In this document: in pieces, positions 10,301 to 21,699 of the stretch
Layout of the letters: each line of letters opens with the position of its first letter
How positions within the stretch are numbered: the first letter of the stretch is position 1
From: Trichoplax sp. H2
Lineage: Eukaryota
NCBI GenBank assembly: GCA_003344405.1
Contig: NOWV01000031.1
Span: 558,001 to 590,258 of the forward strand
Length of the DNA: 32,258 nt
Direction of reading: 5' to 3'
Made by a program: the position numbers and the translations under genes
The notes under the pieces: model-generated
Seen by the model: the letters and a program-made list of their open reading frames with translations, nothing else
Told to the model about the DNA's origin: nothing
Databases searched by the model: none

Positions 10301-12869
10301 TTGTACGATCAGCTGCATTATATGTTTTACCGGAGAAGAAATTGGTAAATAGCAATATAGGACTAAAATATAGAAATTAGGTATTTTTGCATAATGATGT
10401 GATGAGGGAGACAATTAATTTTTTGTCATTTATACTATGTAATATAGATCTAGTTAAATACGTTGTTTAAGAGCATTACATCTGTTGGCGTTGTAATTTT
10501 CTACTATTTTCGTACATCCTTAGACATGTCTTCAATGTGCAGTTATTTGCATTATCATTGGATTATACCCGTATATTAGCTACTAGCAAATTGCCTAGAA
10601 GTACTAATTGCAAGTAGCGCACTAAAAAATGAAATTTTGTTCTAGGAATATCCGCGACGATTACCATTTGCCATGGACAACATTCTTAATTGGACAAATT
10701 CTAAAAATATTAAGGTTTCATTTATTCTATACCTTTTAGGAATAAATTACGATCTTTGTCCTTCTCAACGTTCTCACAGCATTTCTCCCAGGTTATGCAA
10801 CTAATAGTAACCTTTTTTTTGTGTTCTATGTGCTAAAGCTGGTTAATGAACTTGTACCAAATACATTTTTCTCGGACAATTTTATATCTAACCTCAAAAA
10901 GACTCCCTCCGTTATAATGTTTACTCCTTTGAATGATTCATCCGTAGCAAGGAAAGTACTTCACGAGGTAATTATATACAATTATATCCTATTACTTTGA
11001 AATATGAATTACAATAGATTATAATAAATTTCTAACAGATAATAACGTCGTTTTGAGAAATACTAAAGATACGATATTTATCTGATCTATTACATGTATC
11101 AATGTAGTATAAACTATCTGCATTCTCCTATTGGAAAAAAAGACGTGCCTTATTGAAACGAAGTAGAAATGAAAAGACCTGTGATCTTAGATCTTATTGT
11201 CTATCCTATCCTTCTTCGGATCAGAAAATGAACATTTGTGATTTCTGCATGTCGTGCTGCCGCCTTGATTTTTATTGTCATTATTCGTTACGAAATATTC
11301 AGCAAATTTTTAGTGGCTATTTTAAGCATCGACGAAACAAACCAACGACTTATGGTTGTAGTAGTATATACTGGACAAATTACTACCGTTCTCTGACAGT
11401 TTTATCGTCGTATTGTTGTTTGGATGAAAGCTCCAGTAAAATTATAAATAATTCGAATATTAGCAATGCGGAAGCTGGAGTGGATTTATATACAACGAGA
11501 ATTCGTATCCATAATATTTCATGTAATGGAAGTAATATTGTTATTGCATCTGATGCCTTATACAATTACAGCAGTAAAGTTACTCGACAACGTTTCTTTC
11601 ATCTTGAAACTACTTGCAAGGATAATTGTGTTTTTGGATCAAGCGCAATTTTACAGTATGGGCTAAGTAATGTTGCTCATATAGATCGATCCAAGGTAGA
11701 ACTTCACTTTTATTACATTGATTCTGGAAGTTACTGGCAACTTGCTATTAATCTCGGTGTTGAGGATGGACTGGGAAAGTCGAGAATTGCTCTTGCCATC
11801 ATTGATTTAAATGTATGTCTTAAACTTATAACTAATTCTTAGAAGCTGTAGTCATATATTATATGCAATCATTAGTCTTATTCCGCGACGGACGATAATT
11901 ATTTTTAGGGTGAAGTTCAGTACGTAGAGAAAGAGAATCGTCTTTTAACTGTGAAAACTATCAGTAAGTTAATAGTAGATATTAGATGATGTTCTTCTAC
12001 GAAAGCTTTTCTTTACACACTCAAGATTGCATGTAAATACCTTCTTAATCATGGTTAGGTTACTTTCTACAAAGATATTTAAGACGTCAACTTGTTCCTA
12101 GAAGACGGCACGTAAATACAACAGTAACCGATGTATGCCAACCTACGGAAGATTACCCGTGCCTTATCGACATTTCTTATTTTAATTTCAACGAAGTTGT
12201 ATTAAATAAAGAAAAGGTAATTCTAGTGACGATTAATGCTGATGATTACAAAACTAAAATTTTTAGCTTAAGCAAATTGATTTGATTCTTCTGTTTAGAA
12301 TGTTTTACTCATTTACTATGCTCCCGGGTGCGGTGTGTGCCTAGCGCAATTTCCCACTTATCTAAAAGTTGTCCATTACTTTTTACGTTCTCCTAATATT
12401 ACTGTGGCTCGGTATATAATAGATAAAAATTTATTAACGTCATCTTGATGTATATACCTCACCAGCAATTGCAATTATTTGAAATTGGTTTACTTTTTAT
12501 CTATTTTTGGATTCGTAAACTAAAATTTGAAGAATTGATGGTGAAAGAAACGATCTACCAGTTCAGTATAAGGCCTATAAGTATCCAGCGCTAATACTTT
12601 TTCCGGCTCATCGGTAAGGGTTACCGCCTAACAAATACAGTAGATATTTTGCCAAGGTCGTCGACCATCGTACGGCCGTATTGATACAGTTTCCGTTGCT
12701 AAATCAAATACTATAATTTAAGTGAATAACCAAGCACTACTGTATTACTTCCCAAAACTGTTTTATCGTCTATTGCTTTAGGAAAGGAGATTCTGTGCCA
12801 TTTCCTGAGAATGAAGTAATTAGTGTTGCTTCTGTCATTGAATTCGTTCTACGTCACTCTTACTGGTAG
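7305..12869 (+). CDS. TXNDC11: Thioredoxin domain-containing protein 11 (EFP1/TXNDC11), 14 exons, ~705 aa
   Basis: Exons built by hand, all GT-AG and phase-compatible: 7305-7357, 8846-9068, 9435-9581, 9760-9846, 9955-10045, 10226-10344, 10646-10714, 10839-10967, 11108-11812, 11909-11963, 12059-12216, 12299-12411, 12533-12613, 12782-12869 (2118 nt). Motifs match TXNDC11: N-terminal hydrophobic MQLFRSFIFCFLTLIILI; FYAPWCYSS (CxxS); VNCWVPDSEC..YPQF; LKKTPSVIMFTP; YYAPGCGVC (CxxC); ARIDGERNDLP..YPALILFPAHRKGDSV.FP. Exon 1 is the least certain. Confidence 0.9.
7386..8244. repeat. Gap-flanking duplicate (7386-7634 vs 7996-8244) enclosing a 321-bp contig (7655-7975) that copies 1548-2023
   Basis: Direct sequence identity apart from a few SNPs. 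The middle contig lacks 1718-1872. Confidence 0.9.
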
Positions 12870-15699
12870 ATTCTCGATAGATTCTTGGATAAATATTTCC
12901 TAAGGTAGCGTGTCACGATCTGTGCTTAAAATAGCAAGGCATAATTTCAGAGTTAAATTAAGTTCGGCAAATTCATGCGTTTCGCGTTGTTTTAAAGACC
13001 TTAAATTTTATTATTCAACTATATTTGTACTATATTTGAGGTATGCTGTGTAGTACCTGCCTATTGCAAAATTTAATCATTTTAATTTAGGCCTTTTCTA
13101 TCAATTTTTACTAGATTGAATTATTAATGATTACTTAAAAGCATAAAAAATGATGTTATATAATATTTAGGGATTGTACTTCTCCTAGATTGTATGAGTA
13201 CTTATTCCGGAATATGTGATGTCACAAAATTTGGTGTAGAACTAAGGGTATTTTCGTTTTGTAGGATTCTGTATCATGTGATTTAATATTCAAAGGTGTT
13301 ATACGAGCATATTTAAGTTATACTCGTATCACAATTATTAGACTTCAGAACTATAATCGTATTCCGAACGGGCTATTTTCGTAAAAAGTTTTGATTCCGT
13401 AAAGACAGAAATTAAATCAAAGGCAATTAAAATTATGTCCATAGTCTTGCAAAATTTTATTCTTATGTACTATTTACAAGGGCAAGATATTGCCTACTGC
13501 ATTTTTATTTTTAAAATTCAATGCAAAATTTGATAACAAGTGTTATTTCTGAAATTTTAAATAAACTATTATCTCAATTGATGGAATGATACATTTATTG
13601 CTTTGATTACGAGATTGCACTCGTAACAATATGCTGTCCACACATAATTGTAACCCATTCGGATATATCTGTATTATAATAATATATTGAATGTATTTAA
13701 TAAACGGAGTGCGACTAGAATATGCCACATTTACTAGTATCGCATGAAGGTTGTGATTCTTTAGTTGTTGCAAGCACGTTTATTAATCAATGTACTGTAT
13801 ACAGCAAGGGCTTGTAGAAGAAGAGATGAAAGTTGATGCTTATGGTACTATTATTAGTATCAACTGAATATAGGTAAATTGATTTGTTACGAAAAAAGTA
13901 AATATCAGTGATCAATCAATAACTCGAAGACATAATCCATGCTTAAATGCCAAGATGAAGGCTGATTAGTAAGGCATGCACTTGTGAGTTAGCGTCACAA
14001 CATAATCTCAATGCATTACATAGCAAATGCTTAATAATTATATTTGAACCTACATACCAACAGCATTAAGAATAATTGGCATATTGCTGCAGCAGTATTG
14101 CACAGATGTAATCTAGGCTTCATTTACATTTTCAAATTCTGTTGTGCTCTACAGTCTGTAGGCTACAGATCAATTTGTAGACCTTTACTGTAATACTGCG
14201 TATGTTGAGATTGTTTATTTATCAAGTCCAGGCGTCTAGCTAACTGCCAATTAATACTGTAGTTAGCTTTAAACGAGATGAAATAGATATGTTACCCAAA
14301 TGATCGTAATCGACCAGTCCTTGTGAGAAGCATACATTTGCATTAGCAGGTCATGCAAAGCAGGCTGCAGGCTAAGCTCGTTAGTAGAATGCTGCTTACG
14401 CGTGTATATAGACAGCTACACAATGATAACGTAATTAACTTCACGTTCGCTTTACAATACTATGGTAATTATCCTATGATTATTGTAAAAATGCGTAATC
14501 CTGTTTGCAAATCTGCACAGAACTTATTAGTGTCGAGATCATTTAATTATTATCAATGATTAATATCCTTCTTGCTGTAAAACGTTTTTATAATTAATTC
14601 TATACGAAATGAAACACAATACTTAGTTAATAATCAGCTAATTCTTGCAAAAAAAATCATACAATTACAAAAATATAGCACTTATATCCTTATAACAGCC
14701 TGAGAATTACAGTTATTTCGTCCATATCACTATAGAAAAGTTTAGTAAGACAACAGATTACGAGGTTATTTCGGCTAATTAATGTATTATTTCTCATTTT
14801 ACTTGTGGTAAATGGCCTTAAAAGATTTAACTTGCTGTCAGTTATCTATCATTATATTAGGCTCAACTGATTAGCTAACAATTCTAGATCTAAAAGCAGT
14901 AAATTAATATTCTTGTATGTCTATAATGGACAGTATACGAGTAGAAGAATCTAGAAATTAATTACAACCATTAATTAATTATTTGCTTGACAAAAACTAG
15001 CCAAATCTCTAATTATAAGTAGGGTGACACAAGATAGATAGAAAAAATAAAGCTATTGCTGAAACTATTTTCGAATTCATTAAATAGATCAAATAATAAT
15101 AAACGATAACTCAACTGATGGATCCAATATTCACCTAATATCATTACAGATTAAGATTATACTAAATCTGGTTTTATCATCCATAACTAACATTAAGCTA
15201 CGCCAATCAACAATATTATAATGATAATTGCTCTTGTGTTTACGCTTATAAAGTAATTAGTAATAACTTTCCATCTCTTGCAGGAGATCTATTTATTAAA
15301 TTAGCCTAGTCGCGATTGATCTAGTAAGGCTACTACCAAGACAGGAATAAGATTACCGCATTTGACTCTTAATCAATGTATTACTATTAATTAGCACTTT
15401 AATTTTAACACGAGTTTAGCCAGTAGATCCAACGGCTCTTCAATAGCCACAAGAACTTTTGCAATGCTTGTTTAGCTTAACGATGCCTAACACCCAGGTT
15501 GTAATACTAACCACTAACATTAGAGTGAAATTTGTTCTTGTATTTACAATCTGATCAGAAATAAGCTTTCATTAATTCAATTTTCCTAGATAATAGTCAA
15601 TTTGATGGTCCTAATCATACAAGATCGCCATATTAACTGGATTCTTTGTCTATCCTGAAAGTATTTATAGTGAAATGTATCTAACCAATATCATCATAA

Positions 15700-16818
15700 T
15701 TATAAAATAATATCGGAGTGCTCCTCGGTGAGGTAGAATTTTAGATTAATTCTAAATGAGTTTTCGTAAATAGTTCTCGCTTTGTCATACTCACCTAAGC
15801 CAATATAAGTAGCTCCGATGTATTTGCATGAAGTAATAATATCAGAGATTATCAAGTCACCTTGTAGAAATCTACTTTGTAGCAATCTATTTTTCAGTAC
15901 CTTATTAAATATTGTAAGAGCTTCATTATACTGGCCTTGCTTGTAATAAATCGATCCCATTTTGTCATATAGCATGTTAATATCACGATGATGTTTTACA
16001 TATCTTTTCAAATAAATTTTAATCGACTTTTTGTATACGTAAAGAGCCTCATCATATTTGGCTTGATTGTGTAAAATTGTTCCTATATTCGATAATAACT
16101 TGGCCACCGTATCCGAGTGTTTTTGGTTACTTTTTTTTCGTATAATTTTCAGAGCTTTGACATACATAACAAGAGCATCATCATACTTACATTGCCTATC
16201 ATGTATTGAGCCAATTTTACTGTATAATGTAGCTACATCATTATGGTTACTACCAAGCAGGTTCTTATCAATTGTAAGGGCTCTATTATACATATTAAGA
16301 GCTTGATCATATTTGCCTTCGTTATCAAAGATTTCGCCTATTTTAAGATAGGATTTACTGACTACAATATTATTATCGCCATATAAGTTCAATTTTATTG
16401 TAAGTGATTTTAAATAATTATCATAGGCACTATTAGTATTGCCTTGTAATATCTTAATATCACCTTGTAGATCCAAGCATGTAATTAGTTGTTTATCATC
16501 TTGCAATTTTGTAGCTATTTCTTGTGCTCTTTGGCATATTGTATAGGCTAACGTCGGCTTTTCAAAGTAAATATAAATTCTACAAGTATGATAGTAAAGA
16601 TCGAATTCAAGTCCATCAAGATCATCAGGCTTATTGATCATATAATCAATTTGATCGATAAGCTTTTTAAGATAATACAGGGATCGCGAAAAATTTCCAA
16701 CTTCATAATATTTCCGGCCTTTCTTAAATTGAAGCCGTATCTGTTTAGTGAGTTTTTCAGCTTTACCACTAATGGATGGACTTATCATATTGTTATTTTC
16801 GCTGGATTGAAATCGTTG
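15700..16818 (-). CDS. TPR-repeat protein (kinesin-light-chain/nephrocystin-3-type ~42-aa TPRs); ORF 16788-15700, with an acceptor at 16818 adding 10 in-frame codons
   Basis: Repeated H.DVA..Y..IG.I...Q.KYD.AL..Y.KAL.I units in the 362-aa ORF. An acceptor (ttttacatag) sits 30 nt upstream of the ATG, in frame, so an upstream exon is likely. Confidence 0.88.
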   Translation of the reverse strand, partial: QRFQSSENNNMISPSISGKAEKLTKQIRLQFKKGRKYYEVGNFSRSLYYLKKLIDQIDYMINKPDDLDGLEFDLYYHTCRIYIYFEKPTLAYTICQRAQEIATKLQDDKQLITCLDLQGDIKILQGNTNSAYDNYLKSLTIKLNLYGDNNIVVSKSYLKIGEIFDNEGKYDQALNMYNRALTIDKNLLGSNHNDVATLYSKIGSIHDRQCKYDDALVMYVKALKIIRKKSNQKHSDTVAKLLSNIGTILHNQAKYDEALYVYKKSIKIYLKRYVKHHRDINMLYDKMGSIYYKQGQYNEALTIFNKVLKNRLLQSRFLQGDLIISDIITSCKYIGATYIGLGEYDKARTIYENSFRINLKFYLTEEHSDIIL

Positions 16819-17825
16819 CTATGTAAAATGAGAAGAGATATATTAAGTTCACAATTTAACTTTCAGGCATATCAATGGCGCAATGAATAAAAATAAATGA
16901 TTGGTAACTGTTCGTAAGCACAAGTATATATTGAAGCATGATTTGCACGTATATTTAACGTTATATTCTGTATTATTATACAAGGATAGATTGCGCAGTT
17001 ATTTTCAGTTTAAACGATACAGTTCCTTTGACATCTATTTTTAATCTATGACTTAATGCTTTTGTGTGTACTAAGAGTATAGCTAGCAAAAGTAGAGCTT
17101 TGCAACATTAAATATTCTATGACTTACAAATTAATTAATTATAGTATTTAAATTTTTCAATACGTACTACTCGAAAAATAATCCAGTTTTTACGCAGTGA
17201 ACGAAAGCCTTCGTCAATTTACAATTCTGGTAATCGTATAGCGTATAGAACAATTTCACTCATTATTTAATAACACCGGAAAGTGTATAAGGGTTCTGCT
17301 TACATCAGTCAGATAATATTTAAAATTATTTTAAGGAGAAATCATGCAGCTGCTGATGATTGTTGCCTTAATTTAGTCGATTTGATCGGCTGTATTTTTA
17401 TGTATTATATAATATATTCAATTATATTCGCATAGATGTATAAATTCTACAAACTTCGAAATTATGTTAAAAGTATAAATGCAAAATATATTACGTCAGA
17501 ATACAATTAACAGAAACCTTAACTCAATAGACACCAGAAGTCATAACAGAACAGCTACCCTAGAAAGTATTTTGAAATAACCGGAAGTGTAGTATGAAAT
17601 GATTATTATATATTCAATTGAGCAAACAAACATAGTAAAAAAGAAATAATGAGATGCTGTACCATATCCATTACTAATGAATTATGATAGCCGTTTAAAA
17701 TAAATGACTCGATTTGAATCATGATCTAACTTTTTAAAGCTTGCATGCAGTACAATTTGTAAACACGGAATTCGTTGATTTTCGATTCATTCACTTGAGT
17801 AGAATTAAATTATCATAAGATGCAA

Positions 17826-18392
17826 ATGGCTAAGGAAATATACAACTTGATCACAATATTCTTACCGGATTTATTGCATTAAAAGATCGCATTGTATTAC
17901 GGGTATTACCTAATCATATTTTTAATTAATGAGAATAGAACTCATTCGCCGTGCCCTAGAGGCATATCTTGTCTCCAGAATCTACTCTATAGAGCGGCAT
18001 TTTCGCATTTATCGTACATAATAATACGATGTGGACGTGAATGTGGATTTTTAGAATACGTATTATATTGATGCCAAATTACCTGGAGTTATATTAGACG
18101 CTAAAATTATTAATGTGTAATGCTAAATAGCTTGCTATTTTTACTAACAATGACTGTATAAAACAGTTTCTGACTTTATTACCATACTTTAGATATTTAC
18201 AATTAATAGAATAATACTCTTTCACAATAGGTAATAGGCATGAATGATAATATGATGCCAGAGTAAAATACTTGTAAACGCAATTTTAAAGTGCTATCGA
18301 TGTAATTTTCCTACACCTATTGAAAATAAAACGGTCAAGAATTTGCTCAAGCGACTGCAAATTGGATCTTTAACCTTATGCAATAGCTAAGG
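17826..18392 (+). pseudogene. Highly decayed remnant of the intelectin/fibrinogen-N-like gene (second copy)
   Basis: 18337-18392 (aagaatttgctcaagcgactgcaaattggatctttaaccttatgcaatagctaagg) aligns with ~21276-21331 (aagaatatgttcaagcgactgaaaatagattttagaccatgtaagatagcttagg). 17826-17865 (atggctaaggaaatatacaacttg..) resembles the signal exon at ~20958. Confidence 0.45.
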
Positions 18393-18579
18393 CTGTAACG
18401 GTTTTAGTTAAGTCTTTGTTAGAGCGCCTGTCCTGCTCCTTACTCTTACCGTTACAACCGTCGCAACTGGTCTCTTATCCAGTGATTATATATGCTGTAT
18501 ATCAAACGCTATTATCATACTGTACTATTTATCCCTAATACCTTAATAGGTTGTACAAAAAATATTATGTGAATACATT

Positions 18580-19231
18580 ACAGCTTTGATGTATTTGCAT
18601 GGCGTAGCAATGACCGAGACTATCTGAATGTCTGGTAGTTGTCTACTTTACAGTACTATATTAAGTATTGTAAGAACTTTATTATAAATCGTAGTCGTAC
18701 ATAAAGTAAATCCATCCTATTTTGTCAGATAGATTACGAATAATTAATAGAGTAAATATCATGACGAGATTTCTATGCATTTCTAACCAAATTTCATCAA
18801 CTCCTTATATACATAAAGGGCCTCATCATATTTGGCTTAATTGTGTAAACTTTTCCTATTTTCCATAATAACTCGGCTACCGTATCTAAATGGTTTTGAT
18901 TTCACTTTACTCGCTTATTTTTTAGGGCATTGACATACATAATAAGATTGGATTTTATCATAAATGGCCTGTTATACATATTAAGAGCTTGATCATATTT
19001 GCCTTTTTTATCGTAGATTTCGTATATTTTACGATAGGATTTACTGAAAAAAAACATTATTATCGTCATATAAGATTATTTCATTGTAAGTGATTTTAAA
19101 TAACTATGATAATCATCATTGGTATCGCCTGGTAATATCTCAATGTCGCCTCAAAGATCCAAGCATGCAGTAAATTCTTCTTCATCTTTCAATTTCGTAG
19201 CTATTTTTTGTGCTATTTGGCATGTTGTATA
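18580..19231 (-). pseudogene. Decayed paralogue of the TPR gene at 15700-16818
   Basis: Collinear nucleotide similarity to ~15810-16545 (e.g. cctcatcatatttggctt, atacatattaagagcttgatcatatttgcctt, ttgtaagtgattttaaataa, agatccaagcatg), with stops, frameshifts and a ~100-bp internal deletion. Confidence 0.9.
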
Positions 19232-19467
19232 CCAACTTGAAGTAGTGTACACAATAATATTGTAGCAAAGACGATGATAATTAATAATATACATATTCGG
19301 GTATGTTAAAACAAATAAAAGGTGTGAGTACGTACATATTTTATGCAGTATACGATGTATGACGAGCTTAGGTTCTATCAGTATAAATATTTATATAAGA
19401 TAGCAATAAGTAAGATGAATTCATGTCGGTAATCTATTACTTTAGACTATAGTACTTTTTAGAGTAA

Positions 19468-19580
19468 CTAGTACAAACTCCCGTCGCTTTGCTGACGGTT
19501 TACGATAATGTGCTCATTTAACAGATAGTATTACCATTTGATAGACCTGTCAGAGGTTCAGTAACTTTATACCGTGTAGA
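19468..19580 (-). mobile_element. Non-autonomous mini-Helitron, 113 bp (internally deleted)
   Basis: Minus strand reads A|TCTACACGG ... CCGTC-agcaaagc-GACGG-gagtttgta-CTAG|T: 5'-TC, subterminal GC hairpin, CTAG-3', inserted between A and T with no TSD. Nearly identical to 30865-30977. Confidence 0.8.
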
Positions 19581-19659
19581 TAAAATATCATGAAAATGAA
19601 AGATTATACATGTAAATACAGTATTTGCTAAATTAATTACTATCATTATAAAATGATTA

Positions 19660-20135
19660 CGGGTATTTAAACAGAGCCTGATGCAAATATCACAATTAAA
19701 AGAATAGTTATTTCTGCTCAGTATGACTTCAGGAAATTGAGCATTGAGATTTATGGGAACAATAATTAATATTGGGCGTCAGCATGTCGTTCAACTTTTA
19801 AGTAGAATAACAATTATAGCATATTTTGAGTCCAAACAGTACATATACTGTAGAAAAAAGTATCATGAATGAATCGTATACTTGTGGATGCACTATAATA
19901 TTGATTACTGTTGGTGTGAAATATTCGTAAGTATCCGAACAGAGTCTCAAGCAAAACTGGTAATCGAAGCAATAATTATTTCTTCTCAGTACAACATTGG
20001 CCAATTAAGCATTATGATTTACGAACATTAATAATATTAGGCGTAAAATAGCCGTTCAACTTTTAAGTAGAATAAAAGTTATAGCATATTTGAGTTCAAA
20101 TAGCACATATACTTTAGACGAAGTATCATGAATGA
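19660..20135 (+). repeat. Diverged ~268-bp tandem duplication, with a third partial copy at ~20690-20790; probably decayed coding sequence
   Basis: gtatttaaacagag.. (19663) matches gtatccgaacagag.. (19931), and both units share cgttcaacttttaagtagaataa..ttatagcatattt..gag. The third copy reads aatagagactgatacaaacatcacgattaaaac. Confidence 0.75.
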
Positions 20136-20957
20136 AATGCTATACAGAATACTGTAAAATGGCGATTTTCGGGATTTGTAGTACTTGCAGTAATCGAATT
20201 TATTTCAATGTTAGATCATTTATTCTCATAAATTAACTTTACAAAAACATTTACTAAACTCTATAGTAAGAATATGAAACATGCTATAACATCAAATAAA
20301 TATGTTCATCTATTTTGTTATCAAAATATTTAAAAAGAAAATAATATGTCGTGTACTTGTATATGTGAACTATAGTGATGTCAGTTATACTGTACGTTAG
20401 TTATCTCATAATAAAACTTTGTTTCTACTACATGTTATCCGCCTGGTTATTTTTGTTGCGATAATAAAGGTTGTACTATCGTGAGACACTATCATACAGC
20501 TTTAAGCCTTGAACTGTAATGGACGGTACTTCTAGCACCGGGAGAAACTTCGCTACAAGCAATAAGTAACACAGTATTATCTCGATATTATCCTGATAGT
20601 ATCTTGATAGAATCTTACTAATATCAGAACTGTACATTATATCATCAATAAAATATGAAGAAAAGAAAAGATAGTTGAAACCCCTAATTCCCAAATAGAG
20701 ACTGATACAAACATCACGATTAAAACTATTATTATTTCTGTTTAGCATAAGTCAATTAAATATTAAGATTTATCTGCAACAGTAACATTACGCACAGACT
20801 AAGGTATTGTTGGAGTATATAAATACTATAGCTACATCTGTATACTCTTGCCCCCCCATGTCCTATCAGCTATGAGAGAGAAATAGCGATTCGAATTCAT
20901 ATGCATATCACTATTAAATAGTTGATTTCTCATTACTTTTCCTTACTCCGTACTTAC

Positions 20958-21699
20958 TTAGCTCGGGAAATATCCAGTTTGGCCGTAGCTGTTCTTATTT
21001 TTGCAACTATTTTACAAGTTGGATTGCAATCGATAATAGCAATTTACGAAACTAATTAATCCATTTCAATTGTCATCGTAACTTGTGAAATCGCACTAAA
21101 ACTAAATCTTTACTTCTTCAAGTAATCAACGTAATAAGATGTTTTTACTCTTGATAGGATGCCTGAAGTATAATTTTGGGGAGTAACACCAATTCTACCC
21201 ATACTCTTAGCTCTAACACGAACTCTAATTCCAATCCTAGCCCTAGAAATCATCCTAAATCGTATTATGAAGTCAAAGAATATGTTCAAGCGACTGAAAA
21301 TAGATTTTAGACCATGTAAGATAGCTTAGGTAGTCCTTATACATCGTATTGTGATTATGAATCAGAACCGTCGTTCATATGGACATTAATAGAATCATTT
21401 TCATTAGAAGAAGCTCGGAAAACAGCTTATCGTAAAGGTTTTGTTAAAAATCATCCAATTGGTGAATGTCATCTAACATGGTCAGCATTTCGATTATCGA
21501 AAATCAGAATGGATACAATCGTAATCTCGTATGGAGTGACAGACATATTATCGTGTAACATGTAGTTTTAATGCAGTAAATCGTTGCGGTTACATGCGAG
21601 GAGAACTTTGTCGTAATCCTTATGTCTTCAGTACGTATAGTGGATATCGATACTACTACGTTGATTATGTCAATATACGTGGACAATTGGTTATATAAG
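20958..21699 (+). pseudogene. Pseudogene of a secreted protein with an intelectin/fibrinogen-related N-terminal motif
   Basis: Signal-like exon (EISSLAVAVLIFATILQVG), then NHPKSYYEVKEYVQATENRF*TM*DSLGSPYTSYCDYESEPSFIWTLIESF..WSAFRLSK.RM..TYYRVTCSF..YMRG.L..VDYVNIRG. This resembles the P.SC.EIK..(F/Y)CD..WTL.S motif of intelectins. Stops at 21308 and 21317, and a 4-nt (gaca) duplication frameshift near 21540. Confidence 0.75.

Noticed and set aside
11153..11842. Stand-alone 229-aa gene
   Set aside because: It is internal exon 9 of TXNDC11 (TTG start, bounded by splice sites). ORF 8838-9077 is likewise exon 2.
13543..14559. Short ORFs and small ctacag/ctgtag palindromes
   Set aside because: Expected by chance in AT-rich intergenic DNA.
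16067..16890. Plus-strand ORFs 16067-16306 and 16588-16890, and similar short ORFs (3585-3791, 9411-9599, 11383-11666, 21504-21686, 23484-23780, 24499-24696)
   Set aside because: Antisense or off-frame shadows of real or decayed exons, with no independent support.
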